A stretch of DNA of 64,000 nt from Candidatus Krumholzibacteriota bacterium (GTDB lineage Bacteria; Krumholzibacteriota; Krumholzibacteriia; JAJRXK01): positions 64,001 through 128,000 of the forward strand of contig CAVXTH010000001.1 of assembly GCA_963764625.1 (NCBI GenBank), read 5' to 3'. A model generated the notes under the pieces. That model worked only from the letters and a program-made list of their open reading frames with translations. It made no database searches and was not told the origin of the DNA. Positions within the stretch are counted from its first letter, which is position 1. Every line of letters starts with the position of its first letter. Positions 57,936 to 64,000 of the stretch are shown in pieces. The position numbers were made by a program, and so were the translations under genes.

Positions 57936-59983
57936 TTCAAGATGACCAGTTTCCCGGTCTGCGTTTCTCCGGTATCGAGATTCTCGACCGCGAAGACATA
58001 GAGGCCGGGCGCCAGCGCGCGCGTGTTCTCGCTCAGCATGTCCCACTTTACTTGCCCGGTGGAATCGTCGTCGCGCTGCAGCTTGTCCACCAGGGTGCCG
58101 CTGACGTTGTAGATGGAGATGATCGCGCGGGGAGGGACGTTGGTGAAGAAAATGTTCCGGCCCAATTCCGCCGGCTCTCCGGTGGGACGGCGTGCGTCGA
58201 AGAGTGAGCTGCCGCGGTAGGGATTGGGATACACGCCCACCGGATTGGGATTGGAGCCTCCGCCCGGCGCGGAACCGGGAGTGATCAAAATGGAATTTTC
58301 GTTGAAGCCGCTCTCGAGTTCTTCCAGGCCCAGTCGCGGCCGGCGGTTCGCGTAGGAAGTGACGGCGTACCAGTAGGAGAAGCCGTCACGCACCCCGCGA
58401 TCGATGAATTCGCGTTTGCCGTCCGCCGTCATGTGCGGCAGACCGAGGTTGTAACCCCAGGTATCGGGAGTTCCATCCGGCCAGGTCACGCGATCGAACT
58501 CCGCGATCAACGAAGCCTGTTTGAACGGATCACCGGTGATCTCCTTGCCGTCGATGCGGTAGACGCGATAGCCCTGGAAGTCGTAATCGCCCGTGAACTC
58601 GCTGCGATGGTATTCCGGGGAAGCGGTGGTGGGATCGTAGGTGTCGCCCGGCTCGGTTCCGGGATTCCAGCGCAGTATGACTTCGTTATCTTTCGTGCTC
58701 ACTTCCAGAATGGGACTGGGAGGACCCGAGGGAAGCTGAAAGCCGGCGTCGAACGTGCTCTGCGCCACCTGACTGTTGTTCACCATCGAAGAACTGTCGG
58801 GTCCCGCCACCATCGCGATCGTGAAGTGCGCCTGGTCCCCCGGCAAGAGCACGTCCCACGGACCCACCGCGAGCATTGAAGTCCAGTTGCCGTCGGCATT
58901 GAAGTTGTTTCCCTGGCCGTCGTTTCCGCGATCGATCTTCCCGGAAGACATGAACTCGTACTTGCCTTTGTCCAGACGGCGGCGCGCGTCGTTGAAACGC
59001 CATTGCCGGTACGAGAGGGTGGGCCGTACTCCGTCGTAACCCAGAATCCGGCATCCGGCCCAGGACTCGGCCTTGCCGCCTTCCCCGTCGGCGTCGTGGC
59101 ACCACATGATGCGAGAGTCGGGGTCGTTGCCGTAGTCACCTGGCGCGATGAAACCGTTGCGGTCGTCGTAGAAATTCCAGCCGTTGGTTTCGTCGCCGGG
59201 AATGGTGACGGTGGTGTTGCCGACGCTGAGCTCGTTGTACCAGCCGATGTAGACCTGACTCAGTTCCTGGTCGCTCACGTTCTCCACCGTGAAATCGAGG
59301 ATGACGAAATCGTCGGCGTAGGGGGGCGCGTAGGCGAGCACCTTGGTGTCGACGCGCAAGCCCATCGCGATGTGGGGATCGTCGTTACTCGAGTCGCCCG
59401 GACCCAACTCGTCGTAGATGGAGAAATCGAATTCCTGATCGGCGAGAGCGGTGGTGGAGAAACTGGGACTCAGGGGATTGGTGGAGAGTTTGACGATGCT
59501 GTCTTCGGGACGCGGGCCGAATTCCTGCGTGGGTGAGGACTGACCCGAACTCGTGTCGTCCGCCCCGGCCGAGACCAAGGAATCCCCCTCGGCCGTGACC
59601 GCACCCACCCAGATTCCCCCCACGAACATGTGCTCCACGTTCGAGTTCAGGGGGTATTCGAAACTGGGAGAGGCGAGGGTGGGATTGAGCAGATTGCCGA
59701 AGTAGCCCACGTTGGTCACGTTCAGGCCCACCGCGCCGACGTTGGTGTAGACCGAGGTCGCGGTGCGTTTGAGCGCAACCGGATCGAATTTCCAATTTCC
59801 CGGCCCCGCCGTGGCCAACCGCACTGTCAGAATGTCCAACCCGAGCAGAGCGACCACCAAAAGCGGGACGGCGCACAGCACCTGGCGGAGGCGCCGCGGG
59901 CGATCAGACCCGCGTGCTCGCAACGATCGAGGGAAGAGCGGAAGCTCGGGGAAGCGAATCATCCATGTCCGGCGCGGCATCAT
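57932..59983 (-). CDS. Secreted protein with T9SS-like C-terminal sorting domain
   Basis: Signal-like hydrophobic stretch; FQGYRVYR FN3-like part; VYPNPY..IYNVSG.LV..W..LAPGLY..GKLVILK. Confidence 0.85.
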   Translation of the reverse strand: MMPRRTWMIRFPELPLFPRSLRARGSDRPRRLRQVLCAVPLLVVALLGLDILTVRLATAGPGNWKFDPVALKRTATSVYTNVGAVGLNVTNVGYFGNLLNPTLASPSFEYPLNSNVEHMFVGGIWVGAVTAEGDSLVSAGADDTSSGQSSPTQEFGPRPEDSIVKLSTNPLSPSFSTTALADQEFDFSIYDELGPGDSSNDDPHIAMGLRVDTKVLAYAPPYADDFVILDFTVENVSDQELSQVYIGWYNELSVGNTTVTIPGDETNGWNFYDDRNGFIAPGDYGNDPDSRIMWCHDADGEGGKAESWAGCRILGYDGVRPTLSYRQWRFNDARRRLDKGKYEFMSSGKIDRGNDGQGNNFNADGNWTSMLAVGPWDVLLPGDQAHFTIAMVAGPDSSSMVNNSQVAQSTFDAGFQLPSGPPSPILEVSTKDNEVILRWNPGTEPGDTYDPTTASPEYHRSEFTGDYDFQGYRVYRIDGKEITGDPFKQASLIAEFDRVTWPDGTPDTWGYNLGLPHMTADGKREFIDRGVRDGFSYWYAVTSYANRRPRLGLEELESGFNENSILITPGSAPGGGSNPNPVGVYPNPYRGSSLFDARRPTGEPAELGRNIFFTNVPPRAIISIYNVSGTLVDKLQRDDDSTGQVKWDMLSENTRALAPGLYVFAVENLDTGETQTGKLVILK

Positions 59984-60061
59984 TTTCCTGGGAAGCGGTT
60001 CGGGCTCGTTCTAGGCTTCACGAAAGCGTAGTCCCACCCCGCGATCGTGTCCAGGTTCCCT

Positions 60062-61351
60062 ATGCTCCGCCCCCTTCGACTCTTGCTCTGCGTTCTTCCG
60101 TTGCTCTCGCTCGCGGGTTGCACCAACCGCGAGAACGCCTCGAAGGACCCTCGAGATGCCGGGGCGATCGCCAGCCGATCCACGGGTGTCCCCGCTTCGT
60201 CGGCGAAGACATCCGCGGGTGATTCGGTGAGTCTTCACCTCCAGTTCGACTTCGAAGGGGGACGGGTTCTCCTCGCCGGCAGGGAGCCCCCAGAGACCTC
60301 ATCCTCCCCTGGCTCACTGTCTGCGCGTCTGGCAGGGGGCGAAGCCGCTGATCTCGAGGAGTTTCGCATTCTCTTGGCCCGGCAGGCCCTGCAGCGCACC
60401 GCGCTGGATGCAACGGAAGCAGACCGGCTGAACTATCTGGCCCACGATCTGGGCCGGCGCCTCCTGGGGCCTTTGGCCGCCGTCCTCGCCCGCGCGCCCC
60501 GCTGGACCGTGAGCCCTCTGGCCGCCGCGCCCCTGGAGGCGCTCGTTCTGCCCTGGGGTGCCGGCGAGACTTTAGTCGTGGAGCGAGTCGTCGTGAGCTA
60601 TGAGCTACCCGCCGCGGGGCAGAGAGCCACGCGGAAGGCGCAGCGGAGCGCCGCGGATCCGGCGAGTCCTGCGCATTCGAAGGAGCCCGAGTCCGGAGCG
60701 AGACAGGGACTCCTGGTGCTCATTCCCTACACGCCCGACCTCACCCCGGTGCAAGACGACCCGGATACTCTGCTCTGGACCCTGCGGCCTCGAATCCGCC
60801 GCGTGTTCACCGTGCCCCGCATCGAGACCACTCCCAAAGAGATCGAGGCGGCGTTGCACTCCGCGGACGCGGACTATTCGCTCATTCTCCTGCGGGCGCG
60901 CCCCGAGGAGGCCCAACCACTCCTTCCCACCCTCGTTCACACTTCTTCTTTTCTCTGGTGGGTGCGTCCGCCCCGCGAGTCGCAATCCCGCAACTATCGA
61001 GGTGAGGCCGCGACGCGCGCGCGCTGTCTAGACCAGGTGACACGCCTGGCGACTTCGAAGCGCGGCCTCGCGGTGGATCTGTGGCCGCGTGACGATGAGA
61101 CGATGAAGCATACCGCCGACGAGTGGATCGCGGCGTTGCAGGCCGGCGATGCTCCGGCGCTCGCCCTCACCGAGGCCAAGCGCGTCCTCGCTGCCGAGGA
61201 TCCCCTACGTCCCGGGCTTTGGGCAGGATGGATCGCGGTAGGAGAGGTGGACACCCCGCTGCGGCTGTCGCGGCCCGGATTTCTCCGGCGCATCCTCTCC
61301 TCAGCCATAATGGGGCCGCGCGCCAGCTCTCGCCGATCCAGTAATCGGTGA
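60062..61351 (+). CDS. Lipoprotein with degenerate CHAT-like domain
   Basis: Lipobox LAGC; LGRRLLGPL, PLEAL, DLWPRDDE..ALALTEAK..P.LWAGWIAVG; no HG or SAC catalytic motifs. Confidence 0.65.
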   Translation: MLRPLRLLLCVLPLLSLAGCTNRENASKDPRDAGAIASRSTGVPASSAKTSAGDSVSLHLQFDFEGGRVLLAGREPPETSSSPGSLSARLAGGEAADLEEFRILLARQALQRTALDATEADRLNYLAHDLGRRLLGPLAAVLARAPRWTVSPLAAAPLEALVLPWGAGETLVVERVVVSYELPAAGQRATRKAQRSAADPASPAHSKEPESGARQGLLVLIPYTPDLTPVQDDPDTLLWTLRPRIRRVFTVPRIETTPKEIEAALHSADADYSLILLRARPEEAQPLLPTLVHTSSFLWWVRPPRESQSRNYRGEAATRARCLDQVTRLATSKRGLAVDLWPRDDETMKHTADEWIAALQAGDAPALALTEAKRVLAAEDPLRPGLWAGWIAVGEVDTPLRLSRPGFLRRILSSAIMGPRASSRRSSNR

Positions 61352-63575
61352 CGACCGAGAGCGCACGGCTGGCTCGATCGATCTTGCGGTAGACCGGCAG
61401 TCCCGCGCGCTCGAGCAGCAGCACGCTGGGATCGTAGAGCCTTCCTGAGTCGATCACGACGACCATGGGTTTGTCGATCTCCTTGCTCACCCGAATGAGC
61501 TCGCTGGGCAGCGAATGCATCGAAAAGATGTTCTCGCTGTGCTGACCGCTGAGATCGGGGGCGAGAATGTCCAGGCCCGGCGTGGCGGGAATGGCGGAGA
61601 CGACCAAAGCGTCCACTTCTTCCGCGTGCGCCAGAATCTCCACCGCCTTGATGAACGGACGCGTTCCCGCCATCGGCGTGGCATCCACCGGATTGCCGAC
61701 GTGCGCGATCTCCGGCAGCACCGCGCGTAACTGCGCCCGGGTCTGCTCGGAGAGCTCGGTTAGATTGAGGCCGTAGAGATGGTCGCTGACCGCTCCCGCC
61801 TCGAAACCCGCGTTCGTAATGACGCCCAAGCGGCGCTCCTTCGCCCGCTTGGAACCGAGCATGGTGAGAATCTTGGTGTAGTCTTCGAATTGATTCAGAG
61901 TCTCGCACACGATCGCGCCAGCTTCCTGCAGCATGACGCGCGCGATTTCGTAGTCACCGGCGATACTCGCGGTATGACTGGCCGCCGCCTTGGCGCCTCC
62001 GGCCGTCTTACCTGCCTTGTATACCACCACCGCCTTGTTCTCCGCGGTGGCTCGCCGCACCAGCTTCAGAAAGCGCTCGCCCTCCGACGGTTGGAAGCCC
62101 TCGATGTAAAAGCAAAAGACCTGCGGATCGTTCTCGTAGTCCAGGTAGTACTGGAGAAAATCGCTGGCGGTGAGATCCATCTCGTTACCGTAGGAAATGG
62201 AGACACGCGGGAAGATGATTCCGTCCAGATTGGAAGTGAAGCTGACCAGATACGCACCCGACTGACTGACCGCCACCAGATTGGTGCCCGGCGCTTTGTG
62301 GAAGGGCAGCTTGTAGTGGGGTAAGAAGAAGGTGTTGTACTCGCGCTTGGAGACGATGCCGAGGCAGTTACCACCGACCATCACCGGTCCGCCGTCCGCG
62401 TGCTCGCGGGAAGCGGCCAGGCTCTGTTCGATGCGGTTCGCCAGTTCGCTCTGGCCCGTTTCAGCAAAACCTCCCGGAATGAGGATGATGCTGCGCGCCT
62501 TGGACGTGGCGATCAATTCCTCGATCGCGCTAGGGGCGCTGGACGCTGGAATCGACACCACCGCGAGGTCGACTGCTTCGGGCAGTGCCGAGGCGCTGGC
62601 GACACAGGGAACCCCGTCGATGCGATCGGCCTTGGGATGGATGGCCCAGAGCTTTCCGTAAGTGATGCCATCGCTGCGTTTCAGATTGTCCAGGATGATC
62701 CGCCCCGCGTTCATGTTCTTGGACGAGGCGCCGTAGACCACGGCACTGCGCGGATGGAGCAGATTGGCGATACGCGCAATTGGCCGGGGGATGCGTCCGC
62801 GGCCGGGGGTGGGCGCGATCGAAGCCAACGCATCCAGCGCCAGAAGGCGCCCGTCGCGCGCCACTACCGGATTCAATTCGAGTTCCTCGAGGCGGGGCGC
62901 TCCGATTTCGGTCTTCGCCTGGAAGACGCGAGCCAGATTTTCCAGAGCCTTGCCCAGAATCTCCGCGTTCAGCGGCGCGGCTTTGTGCAAACGGCTGGGC
63001 GCGAGCGCGATCGCCCCCAGCGCCGAAGCCGCCAAACATTCCATTTCCCGTTTCCGGTCGAAGGCGTCCGCACTCATGATCATGTGCGCGCGACCCTTTG
63101 CGAGATCGCCGTACCACTCGCTCAAGAGTCCGCCAAGTCCGAACATCAAGTAGGGCCCCATCGCGGGATCACGACGCGCGCTCAGAATGAACTCGCTGCC
63201 CGGCAGATCCGCCCCCACCTGAATGCGTTCCACCACCAGTATGCCCTTGATTTCCGCGCCCTTGGCCCGTCGCGCGACCTCTTTCTCCATCGCCTCAGCA
63301 GCGACAGCCACCGCGTCCTTCTCGCACGCCACCATGCGAATGCCCCCGACGTCGCTCTTGTGAAGGATCTGCGGGGAGACGATTTTCAGAACCACTTCCT
63401 CGGCTTTGAGCGCGTCGAGTTGCGCGCGCGTCGGATGCTTCCCCTTCTCAAGAAAGAAGTGCCGCGGCGTCTCGATGCCGAGCTCCTCCAGGAAAGCATA
63501 GGCTTCTGCTTCCAGGAGACGGTCGCGTCCCTGCTCGTGGACACTCTGCAGGATTTCGTGAAGGGAAGCGGACAT
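61167..63575 (-). CDS. ADP-forming acyl-CoA synthetase (acetate-CoA ligase), ATP-grasp domain first
   Basis: LKIVSPQILHKSDVGG, ELELNP, GGFAE, GGNCLG, SQSG, ASHTASIAG, NPVD; 3' end overlaps the convergent gene and is uncertain. Confidence 0.92.
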   Translation of the reverse strand: MSASLHEILQSVHEQGRDRLLEAEAYAFLEELGIETPRHFFLEKGKHPTRAQLDALKAEEVVLKIVSPQILHKSDVGGIRMVACEKDAVAVAAEAMEKEVARRAKGAEIKGILVVERIQVGADLPGSEFILSARRDPAMGPYLMFGLGGLLSEWYGDLAKGRAHMIMSADAFDRKREMECLAASALGAIALAPSRLHKAAPLNAEILGKALENLARVFQAKTEIGAPRLEELELNPVVARDGRLLALDALASIAPTPGRGRIPRPIARIANLLHPRSAVVYGASSKNMNAGRIILDNLKRSDGITYGKLWAIHPKADRIDGVPCVASASALPEAVDLAVVSIPASSAPSAIEELIATSKARSIILIPGGFAETGQSELANRIEQSLAASREHADGGPVMVGGNCLGIVSKREYNTFFLPHYKLPFHKAPGTNLVAVSQSGAYLVSFTSNLDGIIFPRVSISYGNEMDLTASDFLQYYLDYENDPQVFCFYIEGFQPSEGERFLKLVRRATAENKAVVVYKAGKTAGGAKAAASHTASIAGDYEIARVMLQEAGAIVCETLNQFEDYTKILTMLGSKRAKERRLGVITNAGFEAGAVSDHLYGLNLTELSEQTRAQLRAVLPEIAHVGNPVDATPMAGTRPFIKAVEILAHAEEVDALVVSAIPATPGLDILAPDLSGQHSENIFSMHSLPSELIRVSKEIDKPMVVVIDSGRLYDPSVLLLERAGLPVYRKIDRASRALSVVTDYWIGESWRAAPLWLRRGCAGEIRAATAAAGCPPLLPRSILPKARDVGDPRQRGRAWPR

Positions 63576-63687
63576 GAGGGAACTCCATCAAGGTGAGGAG
63601 GCGCGGGAGGCCACGGGGAGCCCCCAGGTAGAATCTCGGGCCGAAGAGTGCTCCTTCCAAGCCCTTTTTTGAGCCGCTGGCAAACCG

Positions 63688-63716
63688 AAGGCCCGGCGGG
63701 ATTCCACCGGGCCTTT
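63688..63716 (-). terminator. Probable intrinsic terminator
   Basis: AAGGCCCGG...CCGGGCCTT hairpin just downstream of the FlgD-domain gene. Confidence 0.55.
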
Positions 63717-63762
63717 GGCGTCGCGTGATGAGTGACTCCGCGCGGGAAACCCGCACCGCGAG

Positions 63763-64000
63763 TTACTTCAACAGAGTGACTTTTTGGACCACGCTCGATT
63801 CGCTCTCGAAACGCAGGCGGACGTAGTAGACACCACTACCCACCGTCGCTCCGGAACTGTCTCGACCGTTCCACGTGCGGGTCTGGTCTCCAGCATCGAG
63901 GACGCCGTTGGCGAGCGTCGTGACCCTCTCTCCCTTGACGTTGAAGATGGCGAGTTCAGCCAATCCCTTCCGGGGCAGTTTGAATTCGATCTTCGTCATC
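63763..64000 (-). CDS. 3' end of a secreted protein with FlgD-Ig C-terminal domain (partial)
   Basis: IFNVKGERVTTL..WNGRDSSG..GSGVYY..KVTLLK. Confidence 0.88.
   Translation of the reverse strand, partial: MTKIEFKLPRKGLAELAIFNVKGERVTTLANGVLDAGDQTRTWNGRDSSGATVGSGVYYVRLRFESESSVVQKVTLLK

Overview
High-GC bacterial chromosomal segment. Gene content (PorV-like barrel, TonB-dependent receptor, FlgD-Ig/T9SS-type C-terminal domains, short G-x-x-K-x-x-F tails) suggests an FCB-group candidate lineage such as Krumholzibacteriota/Latescibacterota/Eisenbacteria (inference). Contents in order: a degenerate chemosensory-like/c-di-GMP signalling block (pseudo-CheA, catalytically dead and intact HD-GYP proteins, 1-7 kb); housekeeping genes (queG, guaB, OPT transporter, mscS, hpt, udk, nupC, topA); a TetR / multihaem cytochrome / rhodanese operon (26.1-29.5 kb); a lipoprotein-TBDR-PorV-NHL cassette running into rpiB-dNK-add-pnp; miaE, folB, an ECF sigma/anti-sigma set, SpoIIE phosphatase, NhaP; a decayed lower-GC patch with an HNH gene; an S9 peptidase, a T9SS-type cargo protein, a CHAT-like lipoprotein and an ADP-forming acyl-CoA synthetase. 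The strongest novel signal: the cytochrome appears as two ORFs only because of an in-frame TGA (GEG-U-GG), followed 9 nt later by a perfect 8-bp hairpin with a GGU loop. This fits a selenocysteine-containing lipoprotein cytochrome with 10 CxxCH plus 1 CxxxCH motifs, upstream of a tandem rhodanese lipoprotein. Second: RpiB carries an apparent microcompartment encapsulation peptide. Many genes carry single-base frameshifts that look like sequencing/assembly errors. No rRNA, tRNA or CRISPR array was seen.
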